A stretch of 64,000 bases of DNA from a virus (taxonomy: Duplodnaviria > Caudoviricetes): positions 2,166 through 66,165 of IMG/VR virus record IMGVR_UViG_3300036985_003382. One strand, written 5' to 3'. Shown here in pieces: positions 1 to 6,877 of the stretch (the stretch's first letter is position 1; the number at the start of each line of letters is the position of its first letter). The translations under genes were made by a program, and so were the position numbers. The notes below the pieces were generated by a model. That model was given only the letters and a program-made list of their open reading frames with translations, had not been told where the DNA came from and ran no database searches.

Positions 1-87
1 CAAAGCGCTCGCCTTGTTTATTGTTTGGTGTTGAGTCCCACATTGTGCCCCACAACTCAAACTTGTATACAACTGGATCTTCTGCTT

Positions 88-378
88 TCATATTTTTACC
101 TCTACCGTAACAACAAAAGGTTTAAAGTCAGGCTCTATTGTGATTGTTACCTTTTCTGCTTCGTCATCCCATTCAAGATAACAATCAGGGCATTCAAGAC
201 AGTACTTAGCAGTTTTCTTGTCTGTCACCCATGCTTCCATGACACCTAAGAAATACCTTCTGTCTTTCTTAGGGCAGTTAGTCATACGATAAAAGTGACG
301 TGCCCAACGTAACATGCCAGGTGCATTAAACATTGGAACGGATGTAAGTGTAATTTTTCTCATTGTGTTATCTTTCAT
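88..378 (-). CDS. hypothetical early phage protein
   Basis: 96-aa ORF in a tightly packed minus-strand run; no recognised motif. Confidence 0.7.
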   Translation of the reverse strand: MKDNTMRKITLTSVPMFNAPGMLRWARHFYRMTNCPKKDRRYFLGVMEAWVTDKKTAKYCLECPDCYLEWDDEAEKVTITIEPDFKPFVVTVEVKI

Positions 379-387
379 TATGTAGTT

Positions 388-416
388 GTGCGTTGTCAGT
401 GAGACGCACCCCTCAC
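388..416 (-). repeat. intergenic repeated H-type pseudoknot motif, copy 1
   Basis: Minus strand GUGAG-GG-GUGCGU-CUCAC-UGACA-ACGCAC; near-identical copy at 936-964. Confidence 0.7.
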
Positions 417-423
417 TTACCGA

Positions 424-918
424 TTACTTGATAAGAGTTATCAAGTCTGAGTTATCACGAGCAGCAGCTGCCTTGATATTGTCAAGCTTCTTCATTGCTT
501 TGGTGACCTGCGTCCAGAAATCGAAATCAATCTCAGGCATAGGTACCTTGTCAATGACTAATCTGAATCCCTCAATCGCTTGATTGATTTGATCATCAAG
601 TGTTGTTGCCGTGATGGCAAGACCAAACTCGGATTCCTTCATTGCATTTGGGTGATACCACTGATCATTGCCTTGGTCGTAGGCAGAGTAAGTGACTGTA
701 ACCATAGCAGTAGGTAAAGGCAAGGCTACTAATGCAGAAGTAGCAATGTCCATTCGTAGGACATACTTCATTCTCAACCTATGACCGTTGATAGTCATAT
801 CAGTTTCGTATTGGGTAGTTTGAAACTCTTCATAAGAAGTAAGTGTTCCAGCGCTGAGGCGCTCACCAGACTTCAGAGTGTTCTCAACGAAATGGGTTGT
901 GTAAAGTGTTACGGACAT
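424..918 (-). CDS. hypothetical early phage protein
   Basis: 164-aa ORF with A-rich leader, flanked by the two pseudoknot repeats. Confidence 0.75.
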   Translation of the reverse strand: MSVTLYTTHFVENTLKSGERLSAGTLTSYEEFQTTQYETDMTINGHRLRMKYVLRMDIATSALVALPLPTAMVTVTYSAYDQGNDQWYHPNAMKESEFGLAITATTLDDQINQAIEGFRLVIDKVPMPEIDFDFWTQVTKAMKKLDNIKAAAARDNSDLITLIK

Positions 919-935
919 GATTTTGTTTCTTTTCT

Positions 936-964
936 ATGCGTTGTTGGTGAGACGCACCCCTCAC
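936..964 (-). repeat. intergenic repeated H-type pseudoknot motif, copy 2
   Basis: Minus strand GUGAG-GG-GUGCGU-CUCAC-CAACA-ACGCAU; 26/29 identical to copy 1. Confidence 0.7.
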
Positions 965-972
965 ATCAAACA

Positions 973-1227
973 TTAGATAGCGACGTAGCAGTATGTTAGT
1001 AGTTTTACTTGACCTTTAGTCTTTATTAAATTAATGACATCGTCGTGTTGTGATTCATCAATAAACTCAAGGATCTCCGAAATCACAATGAGTGTAAAGT
1101 TATTCTCATTACGTGAATCTTCATAGTGTTTACTGATTCGGTTAAGTTGATCTTGCGTTATAAGGTTTTCGTTAAATAGTGAATCGAGTAATAACTCACC
1201 ACTAATAACTTCATATGGAAACTTCAT
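973..1227 (-). CDS. hypothetical protein
   Basis: 84-aa ORF abutting the upstream stop codon. Confidence 0.65.
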   Translation of the reverse strand: MKFPYEVISGELLLDSLFNENLITQDQLNRISKHYEDSRNENNFTLIVISEILEFIDESQHDDVINLIKTKGQVKLLTYCYVAI

Positions 1228-1476
1228 TTAAAACACGTTCTTTCTGCTGGTTACAGCTTTGTCGGTCACGATGTTCATATAAACCATCATGTATGGATTG
1301 AACTCATACATGTGCTCCATGCACCGTGTGATTCTTATCTGCATGACCTCTGGATGTATATACACAAGAGAGCGAGCCACTGCTGTAGCAACGGCAGCAT
1401 TCTTAAAGACACCAACAGGGCCGATTGCTCGGCCCTGAAAGTCATACATTTGATTGTGATAGGTATATCTAGGCAC
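1228..1476 (-). CDS. hypothetical protein
   Basis: 82-aa ORF, GTG start after GAGG, overlaps the upstream stop. Confidence 0.6.
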   Translation of the reverse strand: MPRYTYHNQMYDFQGRAIGPVGVFKNAAVATAVARSLVYIHPEVMQIRITRCMEHMYEFNPYMMVYMNIVTDKAVTSRKNVF

Positions 1477-1804
1477 TTGTATCTACCTCTTCCCATCCTG
1501 CTGGCGTAGGCCTTGGTATTGGTGTTAATGCATCAGCCACATCGAGATATGTAGCTATCTCAACTGGATTAGGCTCCATGCCATTGTTGCACCACTTGTT
1601 GAATTCATCTGCATTACGTGTTTTATGCGGAACATACGCACCTGCAAACTTAAGTAACTCACATAGATTGTCGCAAGCAATGCTATCCAAGTTCCATTCA
1701 AAACCGGGCTTGAGTAAGATCAATCCCTCGATGCCACTACCCGGATAGATGTGAAGGTATGCAAATCGCAAGATAAGCATTTTGTAATGTTTAAGATCAG
1801 TCAT
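1469..1804 (-). CDS. hypothetical protein (start re-assigned to MTDLKH)
   Basis: ATG at 1804 overlaps the end of ORF 1797-2174, removing a long overlap. Confidence 0.6.
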   Translation of the reverse strand: MTDLKHYKMLILRFAYLHIYPGSGIEGLILLKPGFEWNLDSIACDNLCELLKFAGAYVPHKTRNADEFNKWCNNGMEPNPVEIATYLDVADALTPIPRPTPAGWEEVDTSA

Positions 1805-2174
1805 TGTCTTTGTCTTTCTGAAACTCTTTACGTAAGAAACACCGAAATTGAACCAACCAAAGTTCCAAGCTATCGGGATCACTTGGAAATGCATACTGTG
1901 ACCAGATACCAGCTCCGTGCACAGTAATTTGCCCCTCAAAGTCACACATATCAGCACTTACAGTCATGACGTAGTCGTGATATGGCTCATATCTTTCAAA
2001 CTCAATTCGACACGATTGCTTAAGTGACATGGACTTGCCATTCTTATCAAATGAATGACATGATGTCTGCATTTTCAATCGCTCATACTTATGTTTTAGT
2101 GGAGTTCTTACAAACTCATAGACTGCTTCCGCAGCAAACTGCGGAGTTACATACTCATAGTTGACTGTCATCAT
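1797..2174 (-). CDS. hypothetical protein
   Basis: ORF starting MMTVNY after GAGG. Confidence 0.65.
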   Translation of the reverse strand: MMTVNYEYVTPQFAAEAVYEFVRTPLKHKYERLKMQTSCHSFDKNGKSMSLKQSCRIEFERYEPYHDYVMTVSADMCDFEGQITVHGAGIWSQYAFPSDPDSLELWLVQFRCFLRKEFQKDKDND

Positions 2175-2271
2175 CAATCCTCTTTTGTACTTCATTTACT
2201 GTGTGAACAAACCAAGCAACTGTTGCCAAAATGGAAACAATTGCAATAGCAATGCATATTACGAACATCAT
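2155..2271 (-). CDS. small single-pass membrane peptide (38 aa, MMFVICIAIAIVSILATVAWF...), not in ORF track
   Basis: Manual translation; start overlaps the upstream stop (ATGA); hydrophobic N-terminal stretch. Confidence 0.55.
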   Translation of the reverse strand: MMFVICIAIAIVSILATVAWFVHTVNEVQKRIDDDSQL

Positions 2272-2582
2272 GCTCGTTTTCGCCTTTTAATTCTGTCTAT
2301 ATGTATGCGGTTAGTATTACTAGGCTCATCGCCTGATCTTTTGTACTTACTAAACGCCTCATGAACAACTACTCCTGTAGGTAATAGATCTATAGGTAAT
2401 TCGTCCAACACGCCTCCCTTCCACGTGCCATTGGATAACTTGGTCACTCGTTGGTATTTGACCATCACACGCAAGTCCTGTGGCCTTGCAGACCACTTAT
2501 TGTTTGGTGCGTCTAAAGAAACAACAACCCCGATGTTATCGGGGCGTCGCACGTTACGAACTCTCATGCCTACTTTAAGCAT
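2268..2582 (-). CDS. hypothetical protein, SH3/KOW-like N-terminus
   Basis: MLKVGMRVR...GVVV pattern typical of small phage SH3-fold proteins. Confidence 0.6.
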   Translation of the reverse strand: MLKVGMRVRNVRRPDNIGVVVSLDAPNNKWSARPQDLRVMVKYQRVTKLSNGTWKGGVLDELPIDLLPTGVVVHEAFSKYKRSGDEPSNTNRIHIDRIKRRKRA

Positions 2583-2808
2583 TCTGCATTTCCCTCAACT
2601 GTGCGACCAGCATGCCTACTGGGTTTTCCATGTACTTAGCACAATCAGTGCCAAGTTTGATGATGAGTTCCTCATCAAGTCTATCGATACCGTTCATTGA
2701 AATCAAAAGGTATTGTTCTCGCGAGTACTGTGGCCACAACTCAATGGTTGTGTCGTATTTCCATCCGCAATAAACACGGAGCGCTTCCAAAGCTTTTTCT
2801 CTTGTCAT
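2575..2808 (-). CDS. hypothetical protein
   Basis: 77-aa ORF with AGGA RBS. Confidence 0.65.
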   Translation of the reverse strand: MTREKALEALRVYCGWKYDTTIELWPQYSREQYLLISMNGIDRLDEELIIKLGTDCAKYMENPVGMLVAQLREMQNA

Positions 2809-2857
2809 TGTGTTCTTCCTAAATCTTATTGTTAAAGTAATTGTTGTTCAATGTAAT

Positions 2858-2920
2858 GAGGGTAGTAATATTTAGACCCTCCCGGTTACTATTTTTGGGA
2901 GGGTACTAAAATTTAGACCC
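2858..2920. repeat. two 22-bp imperfect direct repeats, 41-bp period
   Basis: GAGGGTAGTAATATTTAGACCC (2858-2879) and GAGGGTACTAAAATTTAGACCC (2899-2920). Confidence 0.7.
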
Positions 2921-3116
2921 CTAGTCTACGACGCCTTTGTGCCTCTTTATCGGCTTGGTGTGCCTCAACAATGAGGCTATCAAGCTTCTGGCAAAGGCTT
3001 TTGAGGTGATCCTCATTAGCTTTGAGTGTGTCCCCGGTACGAGACCAAGTCTTGTACATGGCACGAGATAACTCGTTAATTTGTGTCTGCGTTTCTAGAA
3101 TTTTGTTTGTGTTCAT
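2913..3116 (-). CDS. hypothetical coiled-coil protein
   Basis: 67-aa ORF immediately downstream of hammerhead 1. Confidence 0.6.
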   Translation of the reverse strand: MNTNKILETQTQINELSRAMYKTWSRTGDTLKANEDHLKSLCQKLDSLIVEAHQADKEAQRRRRLGV

Positions 3117-3127
3117 GGTTATTCCAT

Positions 3128-3195
3128 TAGACCTGACTCATCAGCGCAAGGTGGTCAATTCTTGACAGACTTCTCCGCAAGGGAGAAGTTTCGTC
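3128..3195 (-). ncRNA. hammerhead ribozyme, type II
   Basis: Minus strand GAC-GAAAC-UUCUCC/GGAGAA-GUC-stem I (UGUCAAG/CUUGCG)-CUGAUGA-GUC; complete core; loop-I GACC can pair with 3' tail GGUC. Confidence 0.88.
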
Positions 3196-3626
3196 TATAA
3201 GAGGCCCGTTGCCTTCATCGACTTCATCTGCTCGATCAATATTCTTGATTTGTATGTGCCGTACCACATCTCAAATCCACAGTTGTGAATCGACAGAACG
3301 CACTCACGTTTAAATGGTAAGAGTTTCTCTGGTTGGGTCACCTTGCATTTCTGCTTGGTGTATGCCTCAAACAGATTTCCATACTGCTCTGCTTCCTCTT
3401 CAGTGATGAACAGCATGAGGTTCTTCTTACCTACGTTGTCAAGAGTACACACATACTCTTCATCATCTGTGATGAGCAAGAATGGCCACTTAGGCCAGTC
3501 GAGCATCTCATCCTTGTCATACTCGCACTCCTCAGCAGCGGTCTCAATGGCGTCGATAACGTCATCGAGTTCAAGCTTTACTTGCTTTGCTATACGTCGT
3601 GCTGTCCACTCTTTAAATATGTTCAT
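3195..3626 (-). CDS. hypothetical protein
   Basis: 143-aa ORF with GGAGG RBS. Confidence 0.75.
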   Translation of the reverse strand: MNIFKEWTARRIAKQVKLELDDVIDAIETAAEECEYDKDEMLDWPKWPFLLITDDEEYVCTLDNVGKKNLMLFITEEEAEQYGNLFEAYTKQKCKVTQPEKLLPFKRECVLSIHNCGFEMWYGTYKSRILIEQMKSMKATGLL

Positions 3627-3976
3627 ACTGTTTCCTCCCAGTACTTGCTACCAAGTACTCTCTGTGACCAATCCCATCCAAACTTTTGGATAGTCATCAT
3701 GTGACGCCGCCCCTTGTGATGGGCAACAAAGCGAATTGCTCCGTAATCATCGCTCCAGCTAGGACAATCCCAGCCGTAGTTGATGGTCCACTTAATGCTT
3801 CGCATGTAGTCCGCAGACCAAACCCAATTCAATGGCTCATCTGTGTGGTCATATGTGTCAAGGTAGACCACATACGGCTCATCTTTTGCCATCTTAAGGA
3901 TGGTGTGAGCTTGATCCAAATTCATCACACGTATCGTTTTTGTTGCCTTTGTTGCGGGCAGACGCATCCAGTTCAT
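3623..3976 (-). CDS. hypothetical protein
   Basis: ORF with GAGGAG upstream; overlaps the next gene's start. Confidence 0.7.
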   Translation of the reverse strand: MNWMRLPATKATKTIRVMNLDQAHTILKMAKDEPYVVYLDTYDHTDEPLNWVWSADYMRSIKWTINYGWDCPSWSDDYGAIRFVAHHKGRRHMMTIQKFGWDWSQRVLGSKYWEETV

Positions 3977-4084
3977 ATCCAAGATATTCTCCTCATTGAA
4001 ACATAAGACTCTGTATAGAACGCAGGACAGGTGGTACCTCCACCACGGGTTGCCTCATTGAGTTTTTGAAGCCCTGCATTCTAA

Positions 4085-4110
4085 ACAAAGTGGGGGACTT
4101 GCGCCCCCCG
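4085..4110 (-). terminator. putative intrinsic terminator (GCAA tetraloop)
   Basis: GGGGGC-GCAA-GUCCCC hairpin followed by CUUUGUUU just after the stop of ORF 4117-4452. Confidence 0.55.
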
Positions 4111-4116
4111 TGTGCA

Positions 4117-4452
4117 TTAGTCGATGTTCTTTTCGATGTGGCGTCCAAGGTCACATCCCATTGCAGCAGCATTCACATGCGCTTCATCCAACTCTTCACT
4201 GATACGCTGTCGCTCTACTTCTGTGCGCATCATACTTGTATGTTCCATACCTGCAATAAACAGCGACGCAACGGCGATGATGACCAAGCTTGCAATAACT
4301 GACTGCAAGCCGATGATTCTCTGCCTTGCATTGCTCATCGTCTTAGCACCACGATTCAACGATGCAATAGCGTCATCAAGGTGTGCGTCAAGCACGTCAA
4401 TGTGTGAGCTGACTTCCGCTGGGAGGGAGTCGATTTGTTTCTGTGTAAGCAT
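4117..4452 (-). CDS. membrane-anchored coiled-coil protein
   Basis: Hydrophobic segment IIGLQSVIASLVIIAVASLFIAGM between helical regions. Confidence 0.7.
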   Translation of the reverse strand: MLTQKQIDSLPAEVSSHIDVLDAHLDDAIASLNRGAKTMSNARQRIIGLQSVIASLVIIAVASLFIAGMEHTSMMRTEVERQRISEELDEAHVNAAAMGCDLGRHIEKNID

Positions 4453-4498
4453 TTCTGCGTTTTCCTTTGTTGTTGACTGTCTACATATAGACCAAACC

Positions 4499-4553
4499 TG
4501 CGTTTCGGCATGACTGCCTCATCAGTTCACTATCGTCACATAGTGAAGACGCA
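4499..4553 (-). ncRNA. hammerhead ribozyme, type III
   Basis: Minus strand UGC-GUC-UUCACUAU/AUAGUGAA-CUGAUGA-GGCA/UGCC-GAAAC-GCA; perfect stems; loop I UGAC complementary to loop II GUCA. Confidence 0.93.
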
Positions 4554-4568
4554 TTATAGGTTGGGGGC

Positions 4569-4979
4569 CTAAGCCCCCTTCAACTTCATAACCCCCTTCC
4601 GAATCGCTGCACGGATGCAGTCCGATTCAAGGATGACATTGACACAGTCATCACTGTAACTGACGTCTTCGTAGCCTTCTGCGATGAGTTCAGCCATGCG
4701 GTCACCCATACCTTCGTAAGAACAGAAGTCATGTGCCTTGTACTGCACGTGCAGTTGTGTGCCTTCAACCTGACGCATCATGCGTACAGACTGTGTATTC
4801 ACCAACCAAGCAAAACGTTCGTCAGTTATTGGTTGCGTAAACTTGATGGTTTCCGATTTACCATCTTTCTTAGCCCATATGAACAGATGGGCGTAGATGC
4901 CATGGATGCAGTACGCATCTACATCAGGCAATTCAGCAGGGAACGGTGTCTGTACTGTGTTCAAGTCAAGTTGGCTCAT
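4569..4979 (-). CDS. hypothetical protein
   Basis: 136-aa ORF with A-rich leader and AAGG RBS. Confidence 0.7.
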   Translation of the reverse strand: MSQLDLNTVQTPFPAELPDVDAYCIHGIYAHLFIWAKKDGKSETIKFTQPITDERFAWLVNTQSVRMMRQVEGTQLHVQYKAHDFCSYEGMGDRMAELIAEGYEDVSYSDDCVNVILESDCIRAAIRKGVMKLKGA

Positions 4980-5015
4980 TGTGGTACCTTTTTTTGTTTT
5001 TTTGTTTTGAAAGTA

Positions 5016-5040
5016 GCACCCGGTATCTTACACCGGGTGC
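5016..5040 (-). terminator. 9-bp hairpin downstream of the first early gene
   Basis: GCACCCGGT-N7-ACCGGGTGC followed by UACUUU on the minus strand. Confidence 0.45.
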
Positions 5041-5051
5041 CAGCGGGGAGG

Positions 5052-5399
5052 TTATGCCAGCTCTGTGCCAGCATCCTCCGATGTGCCAACCTGCGTGGTT
5101 ACTGCATCCATTGCAGTCTTAGCAGATTGTGCATATTGAGCGGCGATAGCATCCGCCTTCGCTTCGGTAACGGCGATAGAACACTCCAACACCTTAGCGG
5201 TCAATGCTTCCAGCAGGGAATCAAGGTTCGCTTGGCTTGCAAGCGGTGAACGGCGTGCATTATTCGCATAGACCTTTGCAATGTTGCGGTAAGATTTCTG
5301 CACTGACTCTGCGCGTACACTATCGCTGTTCGTTTTACAAACAGTCAATAGCTCCAATAGCGCATTGACTTCAACGGCGGCGGCGGATAAAAACTTCAT
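5052..5399 (-). CDS. Ala-rich helical protein, first early gene (start re-assigned to MKFLSA)
   Basis: AAGGA RBS before ATG 5399; the ORF-track ATG at 5447 lies inside a ribozyme core. Confidence 0.65.
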   Translation of the reverse strand: MKFLSAAAVEVNALLELLTVCKTNSDSVRAESVQKSYRNIAKVYANNARRSPLASQANLDSLLEALTAKVLECSIAVTEAKADAIAAQYAQSAKTAMDAVTTQVGTSEDAGTELA

Positions 5400-5413
5400 G
5401 ATACTTTTCCTTT

Positions 5414-5486
5414 GGTAAAACAGTTTCGACAATAAGTTTGTCTTCATTCAGCACTGCAGTAACCAACTGCAGTAGACTGTTTCACC
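5414..5486 (-). ncRNA. hammerhead ribozyme type III, variant core
   Basis: Stem III GGUGAAACAGU/ACUGUUUUACC, GUC site, stem I UACUGCAGU/ACUGCAGUG, core CUGAAUGAA, stem II GACAA/UUGUC, GAAAC. Confidence 0.72.
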
Positions 5487-5489
5487 GTG

Positions 5490-5700
5490 CCACCCAGTAG
5501 GGGGCACACCATGTAAGTGGGTGGGGAATTTCAAACCAGTCACGTGCATGGGGGTGGGGGAGGGTAGACACCGGCATGGCAAGGGGGTGGGTGGGTACGA
5601 TCGGCCTAGTAGGGACTCCAAACCATATATTTCTTCTACTTCTTCTATATCTTCTCCGCACGGAGAAACTGTATCTCCCCGGAGAAATTAGGTTCCATAC
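5490..5700. other. non-coding strand-switch region with G-tracts (candidate control, packaging or terminus region)
   Basis: Divergence point between early (-) and late (+) arms; multiple G3-G5 runs, a pyrimidine tract and a TTCTCC/GGAGAA inverted repeat. Confidence 0.55.
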
Positions 5701-5738
5701 GGTTTTGCTACACTTTGTACCATGCTATACTCCCGATT

Positions 5739-6278
5739 ATGGCTAACCAATTTAAATCCGCAGATGAAGCAGCTGGCTACTTATTTGATGTAGCTATTCG
5801 CAAAGGTAAGGTAACGGCGAAACAAGAATATGAACGACTATACACAAGCCTTCCTCAAGATCAACAAATGGCTTTCTATGCGTCTGTAAATAAAATATTA
5901 AACCAAAAAAACCTCCGGGATAACGAGGGTTTAGGTGATGCTAAAGTACAGCGTTATCGTGAAAAAGCAGCCAAGAACATGTCGGTTGATTATGACACAG
6001 AGTTCGCCCCTAAGTCGGAGCCTAAAGCCCCCTCTAAGCCCACGCAAGCCCCGTCAGCAGCACCTAAACCTGTAGCCAAGGAAGTTACTAAGCCAGCACC
6101 TGAGCCAGTCGCTAAGACTAAAACAGAACCAATGGAAGACGAGAAGGGATTTCGTCCATATAGCAAGCAGTCTATGAGTGGCTTATTAAATATCAAAGCT
6201 GATAACCCTGCTCCTAATAGCCGTGCAGCTATTGGTGGATCAACACTTAAAATGCCAGCATTTGTACCCAAAAAGTAA
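5739..6278 (+). CDS. Pro/Lys/Ala-rich hypothetical protein, possible internal virion protein
   Basis: ATG 7 nt after TGCTATACT; PAPK-rich linker; SGLLNIK motif. Confidence 0.7.
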   Translation: MANQFKSADEAAGYLFDVAIRKGKVTAKQEYERLYTSLPQDQQMAFYASVNKILNQKNLRDNEGLGDAKVQRYREKAAKNMSVDYDTEFAPKSEPKAPSKPTQAPSAAPKPVAKEVTKPAPEPVAKTKTEPMEDEKGFRPYSKQSMSGLLNIKADNPAPNSRAAIGGSTLKMPAFVPKK

Positions 6279-6296
6279 GATATACTTACGGTACTT

Positions 6297-6368
6297 TCCT
6301 ACTTAGCTCAGCGGTAGAGCCTCCGGCTGTTAACCGGATGGTCGCTGGTTCGATCCCAGCAGTAGGAG
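6297..6368 (+). tRNA. tRNA-Asn(GTT)
   Basis: Cloverleaf: acceptor TCCTACT/AGTAGGA, anticodon arm TCCGG-CTGTTAA-CCGGA, T-loop TTCGATC. Confidence 0.95.
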
Positions 6369-6401
6369 TATAATCGCGTCATTAAGGTTAGGAGACATGT
6401 T

Positions 6402-6701
6402 ATGGCTAAAACAGCGACGTATGATGTTCAGGCGGGTCAGGCACTTGCCACTGAGTCGGCTAATAAGCGCGATGCAAGCAGGACAAAGCCCAGTAATATT
6501 CAGCGTGAAATGGGCGAAGGATTACGTCGTGCAACGCAAAGGAACAATACGGCTAAGATAGAGAGTAAAGCATCTGCGTATGTAACTCAACGTGGCATGA
6601 TGGATGCTCAAGAAGCTTCTTATGATCGCATGAAGAATAGCCCAAAACCTAAAGCAGTAGCAGCTGGTAAGTCGTACTCTAAGTTGTTAAATATTAAGTA
6701 G
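6402..6701 (+). CDS. small basic protein, possible internal virion protein
   Basis: AGGAG RBS; ends in SKLLNIK. Confidence 0.75.
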   Translation: MAKTATYDVQAGQALATESANKRDASRTKPSNIQREMGEGLRRATQRNNTAKIESKASAYVTQRGMMDAQEASYDRMKNSPKPKAVAAGKSYSKLLNIK

Positions 6702-6820
6702 ATTTCCCCATGCATGCAAACGCACCGGGAAAGCGGTAGTATTAATTCGCCACCGAGAGGTGAGCTTTGAAAGAACAGAAAACTCCCTTCTGTCCCGACA
6801 AATTCGTACTCTGCAAACAG

Positions 6821-6851
6821 AAAAGACCAGTCAGCCACACTGGTCTTTTTT
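6821..6851 (+). terminator. intrinsic terminator, possibly bidirectional
   Basis: AAAAGACCAGT-N7-ACTGGTCTTTTTT. Confidence 0.7.
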
Positions 6852-6877
6852 GGCTATAATGGCATAGGAGATCTACC

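Noticed and set aside
2858-2920. Mini CRISPR array
   Set aside because: Only two 22-bp units with a 19-bp spacer, and no cas genes or leader.
4028-4045. T-box-like AGGTGGTACC on the plus strand
   Set aside because: Wrong strand relative to neighbouring genes; no stem I, specifier loop or amino-acid gene downstream.
388-4553. Pseudoknot repeats (UGCGUC-UCAC) as trans substrates of hammerhead 2 (UGCGUC-UUCAC)
   Set aside because: Stem I pairing would be out of register by one base, and stem I is closed in cis in a type III ribozyme; likely coincidence.
5400-5447. ORF-track start at 5447 for the first early gene
   Set aside because: This ATG lies in the hammerhead core and has no RBS; ATG 5399 has AAGGA.
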